Assembly (NCBI GenBank): GCA_965223265.1
Contig: OZ244999.1
Location: 6,560,001-6,624,000 of the forward strand
Direction: 5' to 3'
From: Planctomycetota bacterium
GTDB lineage: Bacteria > Planctomycetota > UBA8108 > SXIK01
Length of the DNA stretch: 64,000 nucleotides
The notes beneath the pieces are model-generated. The model saw only the letters and a program-made list of their open reading frames with translations. It searched no databases and had not been told where the DNA came from. Position numbers and translations under genes: made by a program. Below are positions 38,499-49,263 of this stretch, piece by piece. The stretch's first letter is position 1. Every line of letters starts with the position of its first letter.

Positions 38499-38901
38499 GC
38501 CTGGGCCCCGCGACACCGGCGAGATCTCCATGCATCGTGGGATCATCTCCAAGAGTTGGCGAGCAGTCACTCGTCCTGTCAACAGCTGGCGAACAATTCC
38601 CTTAGGCGAGCCACGATTCGTCGCTCTTCCGTGCGACTCGGAAAGGAAAGAAAAAATGGTCTTTACGAGATGAGGAAAAGTTCAGAGAATCGCAGCAGGC
38701 CGTTCGTTGAGTGACGTGGCTTTGGAATCGAATCTTCAAAGCCTCCGGAACGGCCGCGGCGACGCGTGCGGACTCCGTGACCGAATCGAGTCTTGACGCA
38801 CTCTATCCAACGACTCGATTCCTCGGCCGCATGACGGTACGGGGGACTGCGTTAGCCGCCCCAGAAATGCACATCCTCGCACAGCGGACGGAGACTCCTT
38901 C

Positions 38902-40416
38902 ATGGCGATCTTGCGCGTCAAGCAGGGCCCCAACGAGGGCAAGTACTACGAACTCAACAAGGATAGCCTGACGATCGGCCGAGAGCCCGGAGACGGGATC
39001 ATCATCCCAGACACTGGCGTTTCGAGGAAGCATGCGGAAGTCATCGCGATAGGCGAAGTCTTCTTCATTCGCGACCTCGACAGCCGCAACGGAACGTTCG
39101 TGAACGATCAGGCTGTGCAGGAGGAAATCCTCCGGTATGGCGATCGGATTCGCGTCGGCAACACGACGCTCCTGTTCGAAGACAAGCTGTCGTACCTGCA
39201 GGACACGGGACGGCTGATTAAGGATAGCGCCCTAGCGGGCGTCAACCCGAGCTCGACGATCCAGTTCAGCCTCACAAGCGTGCCAGGCACCGCGGCCCAC
39301 GCCGACGTCGACACCGCGGAAAAGCGTGATCTGAATCTTCTCTTTCATATCGCCCACATCATCGGCGAAGAACGAAACCTCTCGGTCATCCACCAGCGCG
39401 TCGCCGAGCTCTTTGGCAGGAACATCGAAGCCGATCATGTCTACGTTCTCTGGACGAGTCGAGACGGCGACAAGGAATTCGAGATTCATGGTCGCTATCA
39501 CGCGAATCCCGACGAGATTGAAAGTGATGACACGCACGGCATCTCGCGCGGCATCGTCAAAGATTGCACAACTCTTCAGCGTGCGACTCTCACTGCAGAC
39601 GCATCGCTGGATCAACAGTTTAGTGCCATGGAGAGCGTCGTAGCCAACCAGCTCCACTCGGTGATGTGTGTACCAATTACAGTTCTGGGAAAGACCCTCG
39701 GCGCTCTTTATACCTACTCGCACCGCGCCGACGCTTTCAGTCCTGAGGACCTTGAGCTTGCGTCGGTCATTGGAATCCAACTTGGTACGGCGGTCGGCCT
39801 ACTCAATGTCGTCCGCAACAGCGATCGATTTTTCCGAGACTCCGTCGGTGTGATCGTCTCGGCGAGCGAGATGCGAACGCCAGAAGCTCGAGGCAACTGC
39901 GAGCGCATGGCGACGTATTCCCTGGCGATAGGTAAGGAACTTGGATTCGAGACGCATGCGCTGCGCAACACATGGCTTGCCGGCATGCTCCACAACATCG
40001 GCCTCATCCCGATGACAGACAGCGAGCGTCGGCAAGAGCTAACTCTCGAAACCAAAAAGAACCACTACGCGCGTGAACTTCTCAAACGCGTTCCAGCACT
40101 CGAGGAAATCCTTCCCGGTATCGAGAGTCAGAACGAGCACTTCGACGGTACGGGCGCACCGGAAGGCAAAAAGGGCAAAGAGATCCCCCTTTTGGCGCGC
40201 ATCCTGGCCGTCGCAGGCGAATTCGACCACTTACTCTACGGCGTCTCTGAAATTGGCGAAGAGATGAGCATCAAGGCCGCACTTCTCAAGATTCGAGACA
40301 ACGCCGGAAAGAAGTTTGACCCCGAGGTTGTCAAGGCGATGCTCATTGCCTACCGCAAGGGACGGCTCTTCAACCAAAAGGAAGAGTTTTTCGAAATCCC
40401 TTTGACGTCAGAGTAG
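38902..40416 (+). CDS. FHA-GAF-degenerate HD-GYP protein
   Basis: FHA (IGR...VSRKHA...DLDSRNGTFVN); GAF (SVMCVPI, FSPEDLEL); HD-GYP-like region with HNIG and DGTGAP. Confidence 0.88.
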   Translation: MAILRVKQGPNEGKYYELNKDSLTIGREPGDGIIIPDTGVSRKHAEVIAIGEVFFIRDLDSRNGTFVNDQAVQEEILRYGDRIRVGNTTLLFEDKLSYLQDTGRLIKDSALAGVNPSSTIQFSLTSVPGTAAHADVDTAEKRDLNLLFHIAHIIGEERNLSVIHQRVAELFGRNIEADHVYVLWTSRDGDKEFEIHGRYHANPDEIESDDTHGISRGIVKDCTTLQRATLTADASLDQQFSAMESVVANQLHSVMCVPITVLGKTLGALYTYSHRADAFSPEDLELASVIGIQLGTAVGLLNVVRNSDRFFRDSVGVIVSASEMRTPEARGNCERMATYSLAIGKELGFETHALRNTWLAGMLHNIGLIPMTDSERRQELTLETKKNHYARELLKRVPALEEILPGIESQNEHFDGTGAPEGKKGKEIPLLARILAVAGEFDHLLYGVSEIGEEMSIKAALLKIRDNAGKKFDPEVVKAMLIAYRKGRLFNQKEEFFEIPLTSE

Positions 40417-40457
40417 CCGTCTCAAGAGCTAGCTTCGAAGCGGTGACGCACGAGGGT

Positions 40458-43400
40458 TTAAGCGACTCCGATGTCGAACTCGAGTTGCTGGTAGGCGAAC
40501 GGGACGAGGTTGAGAAACGGCTGTAGAAGCCAGAGGCTGCCCGTGCCTTGCCCCGGTAACTTTGCGTCGGTCATGTAGAGGACACCGCGGTGCGTCGCCG
40601 TGATCTGCACCGACAACACGACGAGGGACGTCAAGGAGATGTTCGCGGCGCGCAAGTGACCGGCGGTCGCTTGATCATCGGCCATATCGGCGACGATCAA
40701 GGACTCGCCCTTAGCCAGCACGCCCTCGATCACATCGAGGCACAGAATACCCTCTGGTTCGACCTCCAACGCCCCTGCGGAGCTTCGCGCCGCCTCGAGG
40801 CTGAGGTTTTGACCGTTTACGGTCAACCAAAGCGCCGCGTCCCCTCGAAACACCTCGAGTAGTTCATCGAGGAAACGGTCCAGGAATACCTGCACCGAGA
40901 TATCCGACTGCATGAACACCATCAGGTCGTTGACGCGACGCAGGGAGTCCTCGGCGCTGAGCACAGCAGGTTCGTTGGTGTCGCTCTCAGCTGGACTCTT
41001 CGCGGGAGACGACGACTTCTCCGCCTTCGGGATAACCACGCTCTGGCGCCAGTCACGAAATCGCTTCTTCTGCTGCGCCGCATAGTCGTTCCGAAATTCT
41101 TCCGGGAGAATGTCGAACACTTCACGGAATCGCTTCTCCGCGGCTTTGTAGTACTGGGTAGCTTCACGCAAGAGGCGCAAACGGACGAGAGTCTCCGCCA
41201 TTTCAAAATTCGCCTCGCCTGCAAGCTCCGGTGCGACTTGGGAGTCACAGAGAGAGAGTGATTTCTCCAGCAACTGCAAGGCCTCGTTCGCGCCCTCTTC
41301 ACCTGCTTCGCGCTTCAACCTGGCTTCTTCCATGAGGCACTGCACGCGGAGGTGACGGCTATCCATCTCCTCAGCGTAGCACTTCCCTTCAGTCACCATC
41401 CCAGCACCTTCGGCATGGTTGCCTCTCAAGCGCTGGAGCGCGGCGATCTGCAGCAACACTTCGCAGAGACCACAGCGATTCCCTTGTTTAGTGAACGCCG
41501 TCAGAGCGCGGAAGAAATTCCCCTCCGCCTTGGAAAACTCGCCTTGTTCGCGCAGCGCGGCACCTCGAACGACGTAGTTCTGAATGTTCAGGTAGCGCAT
41601 GCTGTACTCTTTCGAGAGTTTCATCGATTCATCGAGGCTCTCCCAACCCTTGTCCGGCTGACCGACTTTGAAGTAGAGCCGTGAGAAGTTGTGCAGCGTC
41701 AGCGCGCGACCGTAGGGATCGCCGATTTCTTCGCTCGTGGCGAGCGCTCGACCAAGGTGCTCCAAGGCTTCGCCATACTCACACCCGACAAGAAAGGCGG
41801 CGGCAAGGTGATTCAGCGAGACGATCGTTTCAGGGATATTCTCGAGATTCTCCTTAATCTCGAGACTCCGACGATGGTACTTGATCGCTTCGCCGATGTT
41901 CCCCTTGTAGAAGTTAGCGCTACCGATGGTGTTGAACACCATTGCATGTTCAAGGCGTTCGGGAACATGCTCGATGACTCGCAGAGCTTCGAGTGAGATC
42001 GCCATGGCCTTGTCGTACTTCCCCATGTTGACATAGACCCACCCGATGCTGTTGAACATCCAAATGCGCTCGATCACGAGATCGTTCTTGCCGAAATTGG
42101 CCAAGTAGTTTCTCGCGTCCTTGTAGCACGTCAGAGCCGAGTCATAGTCGCCCTGTATCTCGTAGACACGGCCTCGGCTGATGTACAACTTGACCACGCG
42201 CTTCGGATCGAGAGATTCGAGCCCCTCGTCGCCCAGGACGACGCTGTAGCTGCGTTCCGCCATTTCGTAGCGACCCATGATCGTGCACAGCTCTCCGAGC
42301 TTCTCGTGCACCTCGACCCACAGCTCAAACCGATCGGCGTCTCCGTCCACCTGTTCCATCACGTACAGGTAGTACTCGCACGCGTCTTCGTTGGCATAGA
42401 TCGCCTTGAGGCGATCCCCTGCCATCATCGCTGTTTCGATCGCCCGGCTGGTCTGGTCACTACGTTGAAAGTGGAACGCCAGTTCTTCGAGGATCTCCTC
42501 TTCGCGGCCGCGGTACACCTCTTCGTAAACCGCAGCGACGTCGCCATGATATCGACGCTTCGTCTCCTCCTCCATGCGATCGTACAGAATCTCACGCATC
42601 TTCGTCTGCTCGATCTGAAAGCGAATCTTACCGCCTTCGAAGGACTTGGAGATCAACCCACTCTGCTCGAGCTCTCGCAGTTCTACAAGCAACGGCACGT
42701 TCGCGAAACGCTCGAATCGTTGGAGGAATCTCGGTGCCGTTGGCTTGTCCAAAACGCTCAAGAGTTCAAGGACTTCTCGCTTTCGTACGTCGAGCTTATC
42801 GAACCGACCGGTGAGCATGTCCTCCATGTTCTGAGGAATGTCGATGCAGTCATAGTTCGCGGCTTTGATGCTCCAACCATCAGCAGAGTGCCTAAGAATC
42901 CCCTCGTCCTGAAGCGTCTTCAGCGTCTCGACGATAAAAAGCGGATTGCCACCGGTCTTCTCCGCAAGCTTGGCGACAAAGCGCTGTGGCACGTCCGTAA
43001 AACTCAGCATTGCGCAGAGAAACTCATAGATCTGAGCTTCCTTGAGCGAGCGGACAATGAGGTCGGTGGATTGTCCAGCCAGTCGCCACTTCTCGAGAAG
43101 ACCGGCCAAACTTTCGGGCGCCGGCTCTTCAGGTCGCATACTCACGACCAGTAGCATCTTCACCGACCTTGAGCTCCGGAGCTCGGCGAGACGTTCGGCA
43201 AAGTGCTCCAAGAGGTCGAGACTTGCATCGTCGACCCAATGCAGGTTGTTGATGATCATCACGTACGGCGAGCTCTCCGCCGCTTCAATCAACAACTGGG
43301 ACACGCGCTCAATGAAGTAGAGCCGCTCTTTGTCGAGCCGCGCGCCTCCTTCGTCGTCTGCGTTACGCTTCGGAAGCTCCGGTAGCAGCTTCGTGATCTC

Positions 43401-44759
43401 TCGTGAGTACTTGCGACACAAGTCCGAGTCGAGACCGAAGCGATAGACGATCTCATTCAGCAACTGGACGAAAGGCTGGTAAGCCTTCTTCGATCCCTCG
43501 TAACAGTTTCCGCAGTAAACACAGAGATCGTTGAGTCGGAGGAAGTGCTGAAACTCTTCGAGCAGTCGCGACTTCCCTGATCCCATTTCGCCGCTGACGA
43601 CGACGACCGCAGGCACCTCCGATGGCGTTCCTCCGCTCTCGGGTTCCTCTTTGGCAGCTTGGTCAACAGGAGCCTCGGCCTCCAGAGACGGGTCGATGCC
43701 GACGAGCTCTGTACTGCCCTCGCTGTCCTGCCGCCCCGGCGCGTAGAACGTCTTCTCGTGTAGTTCCTTGAGAAGATTCATCTCCCGCTTTCGGCCGACA
43801 AGCTTCGCCGAGTAAAAGTAACTGGCTCTCGTCTCTTCCGTCTCGATCTCGAACTTGTATCCCGAACTCCGATTGATGAACTGAATGACGTCTTTGGCAG
43901 ATTGGTACCGCTGCTCGACACGCTCCTCCAAGAGTCGCATGATCAGCGTGCGCAGATACTCAGGATGATTCTTCATGTACATCTCGAAGAGATCGGCACG
44001 CGTGGCGCCCGGCGCAGGCGAGGCGTCCGGGAACCCAGAGAACTCTTGGTAGAACGGCAGGCTGCGGTTGACGACCTGATAGATCGTGACGCCGAGTGAA
44101 TAGAGATCGGCGCGTTTGTCTGGAGTCTGCCCGTTGAGGATCTCGGGAGCCAAGTAGTTCAGCGTCCCCTTGATCGCGAAGCTAAAAGAACCGGTGATTT
44201 TTTCAGCTAGGCCGAAGTCGATCAGTTTGACCTTGGGCTTCGACAAAAGTGCGTCGTCGTCGCCAGTGAAATCCGCGTTTTCAAACTCGACCTTAGAACC
44301 TTCCTGAATGCCGATCGTCTTGTGACGCGTGACGAGGATATTGTCGGGTTTGATGTCGAAGTGCACATAGCCCTGCGCGTGGATGTATTCCAAGGCTCGA
44401 CAGATCTGCACTATGATATCGACGAGTTCTTCGTAGTTGAGGTATTCGGTCGCTGAGAAAAGATCCGTCCCTTTGATGAACTCCGAGACGATGAAATAGT
44501 CGTGCGTCCCCGCGATGCGCCCGAAGTTGAACACCTTCGCCAAGTTCGGATGACGCAAGCGCGTGAGAGCCTCGTACTCCCCTTTCGCCCACACGTCCTG
44601 GTCGTCGAGGTTGTCAGAAACCAGTACCTTGAGCGCGACACGCACGTTGTTGGCGACGGAGTCTTCACAGAGGTAGACACTCCCCATCGCGCCAGCACCG
44701 AGCTTGCGGATGACTCGATATCGATTATTGACCGTGTCGTTGGACTGGAATTCTTGCAT
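40458..44759 (-). CDS. Ser/Thr kinase-AAA(STAND)-TPR-GAF protein
   Basis: LGAGAMGSVY, VALK, HFDIKPDN, DFG, GEMGSGKSRL, TGGNPLF, many TPRs, GAF-like C-terminus. Confidence 0.92.
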   Translation of the reverse strand: MQEFQSNDTVNNRYRVIRKLGAGAMGSVYLCEDSVANNVRVALKVLVSDNLDDQDVWAKGEYEALTRLRHPNLAKVFNFGRIAGTHDYFIVSEFIKGTDLFSATEYLNYEELVDIIVQICRALEYIHAQGYVHFDIKPDNILVTRHKTIGIQEGSKVEFENADFTGDDDALLSKPKVKLIDFGLAEKITGSFSFAIKGTLNYLAPEILNGQTPDKRADLYSLGVTIYQVVNRSLPFYQEFSGFPDASPAPGATRADLFEMYMKNHPEYLRTLIMRLLEERVEQRYQSAKDVIQFINRSSGYKFEIETEETRASYFYSAKLVGRKREMNLLKELHEKTFYAPGRQDSEGSTELVGIDPSLEAEAPVDQAAKEEPESGGTPSEVPAVVVVSGEMGSGKSRLLEEFQHFLRLNDLCVYCGNCYEGSKKAYQPFVQLLNEIVYRFGLDSDLCRKYSREITKLLPELPKRNADDEGGARLDKERLYFIERVSQLLIEAAESSPYVMIINNLHWVDDASLDLLEHFAERLAELRSSRSVKMLLVVSMRPEEPAPESLAGLLEKWRLAGQSTDLIVRSLKEAQIYEFLCAMLSFTDVPQRFVAKLAEKTGGNPLFIVETLKTLQDEGILRHSADGWSIKAANYDCIDIPQNMEDMLTGRFDKLDVRKREVLELLSVLDKPTAPRFLQRFERFANVPLLVELRELEQSGLISKSFEGGKIRFQIEQTKMREILYDRMEEETKRRYHGDVAAVYEEVYRGREEEILEELAFHFQRSDQTSRAIETAMMAGDRLKAIYANEDACEYYLYVMEQVDGDADRFELWVEVHEKLGELCTIMGRYEMAERSYSVVLGDEGLESLDPKRVVKLYISRGRVYEIQGDYDSALTCYKDARNYLANFGKNDLVIERIWMFNSIGWVYVNMGKYDKAMAISLEALRVIEHVPERLEHAMVFNTIGSANFYKGNIGEAIKYHRRSLEIKENLENIPETIVSLNHLAAAFLVGCEYGEALEHLGRALATSEEIGDPYGRALTLHNFSRLYFKVGQPDKGWESLDESMKLSKEYSMRYLNIQNYVVRGAALREQGEFSKAEGNFFRALTAFTKQGNRCGLCEVLLQIAALQRLRGNHAEGAGMVTEGKCYAEEMDSRHLRVQCLMEEARLKREAGEEGANEALQLLEKSLSLCDSQVAPELAGEANFEMAETLVRLRLLREATQYYKAAEKRFREVFDILPEEFRNDYAAQQKKRFRDWRQSVVIPKAEKSSSPAKSPAESDTNEPAVLSAEDSLRRVNDLMVFMQSDISVQVFLDRFLDELLEVFRGDAALWLTVNGQNLSLEAARSSAGALEVEPEGILCLDVIEGVLAKGESLIVADMADDQATAGHLRAANISLTSLVVLSVQITATHRGVLYMTDAKLPGQGTGSLWLLQPFLNLVPFAYQQLEFDIGVA

Positions 44760-44843
44760 CTTCTACCCGATTTAGCCCCCATCAGAAGCTATCCCAGTAC
44801 GTCCAAGCCGGCAAACCTCGCACGCCCGTAACAGCGATCGCCT

Positions 44844-44897
44844 CCGAGAAGGCACCGAGAAGGCACCGAAATGGCACCGAAAAGCACCGAGAAGGCG
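44844..44897. repeat. about five copies of an 11-bp direct repeat (CCGAGAAGGCA)
   Basis: ccgagaaggca ccgagaaggca ccgaaatggca ccgaaaagca ccgagaaggcg. Confidence 0.85.
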
Positions 44898-45267
44898 CTG
44901 CGAAGTCACCGCGTCGAGATGAACTCGGAACTTGAAACGCTTACCGGACGTTCACGTCGGCACGCGAGAAGTGCTCGCTGAAGTTTCAGAACTCTACAGA
45001 TGCATATGCTCTCCCCGCCCACGCCGGCACACGCATGGGCCCACACGAGGCGCACGCTCAATGGGCACTGCGAAGCCGTCGCATGAAGCGCTTTTTTTTG
45101 CAGCAATGGGGTCAGCGTGCGGGCACTGCGCTTTCGACGCGAACCGATCGACGCCAGCGCATCAACGCGGCAGACGCCTCGACCGCGCCGCCCGCGACAC
45201 CGACTGCATAGACGACGGAATGAGGCGCCTGGTTGCGCATGTCGCGCTCTGCGCTCGTGGAACGAAG

Positions 45268-47472
45268 CTATTTGTCTGCTGGTGACGATGCTGAGAGGAT
45301 CGATCGGCGCTTGGCTGCCCACATCGGCTCGAGGGTGCCTTCGATTTCGAGCCACCGCAGAGACCCGCGACCGATGCTGATCGTGAGACGTCCGGCGTGC
45401 GGCACCTCCGCTCCCCAGACGAGTTCGTCGTCGCGCGTCGTCACTGCGATGCGCTCCGGCCACCACACGAGCCGAAAGAAACCGTCCACTGCGACGACGA
45501 CGTCACTCTCGTTGACACCGGCGTCCTCCCCATCCGGCAGATCCTCCGGTGCACTCGACACCATCACGAAGTGGTCGCCAAAGCCAACGGCAGCGCGACT
45601 CTCTGGGCCGAGCTGACAGCGCACTGTAGCCGGTGACGTCAACCAATAGATCGTGTCCAAAGACGTCTCCTTCGCAGCGGCTCCGGCCGTCACCCCGTCG
45701 GCAGTTAGGCGGACCGATCGGCGCGCACCACGAAAATCGGACAGGTCCGCATCCACACTCGTGAAGTCGTATCGAAGCCATACGAGGATGGACGCCGGTG
45801 TGGACGAGTTGCCCACAAGGTGAACGCGCGCAGCGTTGAAACTCTTGGCCAGTTCGGCAAGCTCCCTCGGCTGGGTCAGTCCGATTTGCAGAAAGGAATT
45901 CTGCCACTGCTGGACGACCGTCACGGCCTCGCGCGCCCGCTCCGCCGCCCCGACAGCCAACCGCCGCATAGCTCGCACCAAGGACCTCCCCGTGTCGATG
46001 GCGTTGGTTGACGCTCGGACTTCGGCCAGCTCCGCCGCCACTGCCGTCGGGGTGTCGGAAGCTTGCAAACCGGTGACGGACTGCGGCGACGCGGCGGATG
46101 GTGTCGTTGAGCGTGGATCGAGCCGCGGAGTCGCCTGCAGCGGCGCTGGGCTTGAATCACCAGGTGAAACGCTCGGCGGTGCATTGCCTCGCGAACGTCC
46201 GGCCGCTGGCGCCTCAGCCCCGCTGACGCCGCGACGGTCGCGAAGCACCTCAGCGCGTCGGGCTGAAGTGGCTGGCGCTGGCGACGCCGCGCGACCTTGA
46301 GTCCCTTGGTGCGCGTGGCGGCGCACGTTCCCAGTGGAGTATGACCACCCGCCCCAGGTAGCTACCGCCCCCAATGCGACGACCACACACGCTGCGGCGC
46401 ACCAACGCCTCCGACGCGCAGCCCTTGCCACGCCAGATGGCGCGCATCCCAGAGAATCCCCAAGACTCCGGACTCGTTCCTGCAGCTCGGCCGCGCTTTG
46501 CGGCCGCTGCGAAGGGTCTTTCTCCAGACATGCTGCGATCGCTGCTTCGACCGCTGCGGGCACACCCGGAGCGAACTCTCGCACGCCCGGGGGTCTTTGC
46601 GCCCGGTGTGCCTCGATTACGGCCCGCGTCGTCTCACCAACAAGAGGCGGGCGACCGGCGAGCAAGTGAAACCATGTCGCACCCAGGGAGTAGAGATCGC
46701 TCCGCGCGTCCACACGCCCGCCCCGCATCGTCTGCTCGGGAGCAAGGTAGTGTGGCGTGCCACAAAACTCGCTCGTGCTGCCAAGCGCTTCGTCACCCAT
46801 GCGGGTCGAGTAGGCCAAACCAAAGTCGATAAGCTTCACCACGTCTCGATTGTCGACGAGAATGTTCGCTGGCTTCACGTCTCGGTGCACGAGTGAATGC
46901 TTCTCAAGCTGACGCAGCGCGGCACAGACCGTGTCGATGATTGAAACGGACTCATGGACGCTGAAACATCCCTGACGCGCCAGACGCTGCTGCAAGCTCT
47001 CACCGTCGATGTACTCCATCGCGAGGTAGTAGTGCCCGTCTGCCGAGCCTGCATCAAACGCGTGCACAAGATGTGGATGGTCGAGTCGAGCGAGAAGGCG
47101 AGCCGCGTTCATGAAACTGCTCACCACGGTCTCGTCGTGCGCATGGCGCGCCTGGAGCACTTTGAGGGCAACACGTCGATTGAGACGAGTATCCCGAGCC
47201 TCAAAGACGTTGCTCGAGCCCCCGTAGCCGATACGCCGAACCACTTCGTAGGCAGCAATCCGCCGCGGTCCAGTGCGCCTCAGCCGGCGCCGCAAGTCGC
47301 CGAGTTGCGCGTCGGTCAACAACTCTTGACCCGCGAGGATGTCGAGGATGTCCTTGTCGAGCCCCATCGCTTGCGAACGATCGGCGAGTGTTAACGCGCG
47401 ACGCGCGTCGGGTTCGGAGAGCCAGCCGAGCCTAAAAGCCAAACGAGTTGTTTCAAGATCCGCAGGTTTCAC
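45268..47472 (-). CDS. membrane Ser/Thr protein kinase
   Basis: IGYGGSSNV, VALKVL, HRDVKPAN, DFG, GTPHYLAPE, TM, Pro/Ala linker. Confidence 0.92.
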   Translation of the reverse strand: MKPADLETTRLAFRLGWLSEPDARRALTLADRSQAMGLDKDILDILAGQELLTDAQLGDLRRRLRRTGPRRIAAYEVVRRIGYGGSSNVFEARDTRLNRRVALKVLQARHAHDETVVSSFMNAARLLARLDHPHLVHAFDAGSADGHYYLAMEYIDGESLQQRLARQGCFSVHESVSIIDTVCAALRQLEKHSLVHRDVKPANILVDNRDVVKLIDFGLAYSTRMGDEALGSTSEFCGTPHYLAPEQTMRGGRVDARSDLYSLGATWFHLLAGRPPLVGETTRAVIEAHRAQRPPGVREFAPGVPAAVEAAIAACLEKDPSQRPQSAAELQERVRSLGDSLGCAPSGVARAARRRRWCAAACVVVALGAVATWGGWSYSTGNVRRHAHQGTQGRAASPAPATSARRAEVLRDRRGVSGAEAPAAGRSRGNAPPSVSPGDSSPAPLQATPRLDPRSTTPSAASPQSVTGLQASDTPTAVAAELAEVRASTNAIDTGRSLVRAMRRLAVGAAERAREAVTVVQQWQNSFLQIGLTQPRELAELAKSFNAARVHLVGNSSTPASILVWLRYDFTSVDADLSDFRGARRSVRLTADGVTAGAAAKETSLDTIYWLTSPATVRCQLGPESRAAVGFGDHFVMVSSAPEDLPDGEDAGVNESDVVVAVDGFFRLVWWPERIAVTTRDDELVWGAEVPHAGRLTISIGRGSLRWLEIEGTLEPMWAAKRRSILSASSPADK

Positions 47473-47544
47473 AATAGGCGTGGCTGCTCGCCGACTGAGC
47501 TAGGCCCTTCCGTTCCGGCCGCTCAGCCAGTTCGACGGAGCCTG

Positions 47545-48030
47545 CTAGAGTTCGTCTTCCACGCGCTGCAGCTCACGAAGTGCTTCGTCAGCTTGGCGCA
47601 TGATCGACTCCGCTCGCCTGTGAAGCGGCGCGAACGTCGCGTCACCGTCGGCACTCTCTTGCAGGAGGCTCGTCGCTTCGCGGCAGCGTTCCTTGACCTT
47701 TTCAGTCGCCAAAAAGGCCCAATCGAGGAGTCGTTTCTTCAATCTGAAGTCATCAACGCTTCGCGTCAACGAGAGAAATCCTCCTCGCACGTTACGATCA
47801 AGAATCCTCTGGGCGTCGTCTAGGTAGAGTGTGATCTCCTCTTGGTCGATGAGCCGCTCCGGTAACTGGTCGCTTCCGTCGGCTTGACGTTCACTGGCGT
47901 AGAGCGACGCCAGCATCCAGCCGCAAACGGGCAAAACGGCGAGCAGCGTGGCGCCGAGCACAATGTCCGCGCTTTGGGCCGCCCCAAGTTGGCGTCGGCG
48001 CCGCTGAGCGAAAAGCTGCAGATTGATCAC
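47545..48030 (-). CDS. hypothetical single-pass helical protein
   Basis: 161-aa ORF with a TM segment, co-oriented with the kinase. Confidence 0.6.
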   Translation of the reverse strand: MINLQLFAQRRRRQLGAAQSADIVLGATLLAVLPVCGWMLASLYASERQADGSDQLPERLIDQEEITLYLDDAQRILDRNVRGGFLSLTRSVDDFRLKKRLLDWAFLATEKVKERCREATSLLQESADGDATFAPLHRRAESIMRQADEALRELQRVEDEL

Positions 48031-48109
48031 AATGTTCCTCGTCTCTGGAAATGACTAGGTCCCGGTGAGATCGGACACCCGGGACGCGCAGAAAGCCGAC
48101 GCATCACGT

Positions 48110-48544
48110 TCAGAATCCGGAAACTCGAATGAGGTCGATACGGACGCTCTCCACTTCCTCCGCAACCCGGTCGTAACCTCTGAGCGATTCGGGAAGCTCA
48201 CCGCCCTCAATACGGTGCGGGTCGAACACGAGATTCCACTCTTTCCGCCACTGCTCGACGTCGCTCCGGAGCCTTTCTGCGTGCGCCTTTGCGTCCGGGT
48301 GTTCGCTCTTGAGCTCGGTGGCGACGGTCCGAAGGCGCTTGCGAAGGTCCCCCACTTGGGCCTCGAGGCGCTGGATCTCGGAATTCGGGTCCACGGAAGC
48401 CTTGACGGTCTCGTTGTCGCTCTGGCGCCACACGACGACGGCCACGGCAAGGAGAACGAGCGGCACGACGATCAGAACAATCTTGGGTCCCGGTGAGGAG
48501 GCCCCGCGAGGGGCGCGCGCCTTCCGACGTCCGCTGGTCGCCAT
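48110..48544 (-). CDS. hypothetical single-pass coiled-coil protein
   Basis: Basic N-terminus, TM IVLIVVPLVLLAVAVVVW, heptad region; AAAGGTGA upstream. Confidence 0.65.
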   Translation of the reverse strand: MATSGRRKARAPRGASSPGPKIVLIVVPLVLLAVAVVVWRQSDNETVKASVDPNSEIQRLEAQVGDLRKRLRTVATELKSEHPDAKAHAERLRSDVEQWRKEWNLVFDPHRIEGGELPESLRGYDRVAEEVESVRIDLIRVSGF

Positions 48545-49095
48545 TCTGCGAATCACCTTTCAAAAGTGTTGCGGCTGCCCGGCTGTCACGAAGGCACGAA
48601 CACTCGCGCCACGGATTCCCGGGAATCTCACTGTCGCGCACGACCCTCGTTGGGGGCGGACTGCGCCGCCGGCGCAGCGATCCGTGGAATATTTTAGCAC
48701 CGGGAAAAGGCACCAGGCGCACCAAAATCAGACACTGGAGGTACCGAATCGACTCTGTGTCCCACCGCGTCAATGGGCTGGACAAGGGTTTTCGACGGTT
48801 CGTCACGACCGGCGCGCGGGTTGCTATGAGTCGACGTGAACGAATTCCCGCCGAGTGCGGCTCCACCACCACCAGCGCACCAACGCCCGCCGTTCGGACT
48901 GTGCAGCGGTCCTCCGAGCGAGAACTACCGCCTGCCAGCACTCCCCAACAGCTCCCCTAACGTTTCCTACACAGGCGCACTAACGCATCACTACCTGCGC
49001 CAACGAGAAACCCACCATAAACCTTTTGATTTCTATGGCTTATGCTCACAGAGCACGATCGAGGGTGACGCCACGGATTTCACCCCGCTCAAAGT

Positions 49096-49112
49096 TGTAA
49101 AGTCATTTGACA
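49096..49112. promoter_or_regulatory. TGT-N11-ACA enhancer-like site upstream of the PEP-CTERM gene
   Basis: TGTAAAGTCATTTGACA in an AT-rich region. Confidence 0.4.
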
Positions 49113-49263
49113 GTTTGAGTTTCGACAAAAAAAGCGATTGCAAAGCGGTTCGGGCAGGAATAGAACAGTTCTTACACTTTTGATTCAGAAACGAGGCCCC
49201 GCGACCAAACTCGTGGGGAGTCAAACGAGGCGCCGAGACCCTATTTTGGGCAGGAGGTTTTTT

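Noticed and set aside
38783-38821. Inverted repeat upstream of the FHA gene
   Set aside because: A single hairpin with no U-tract and no other copy; function cannot be assigned.
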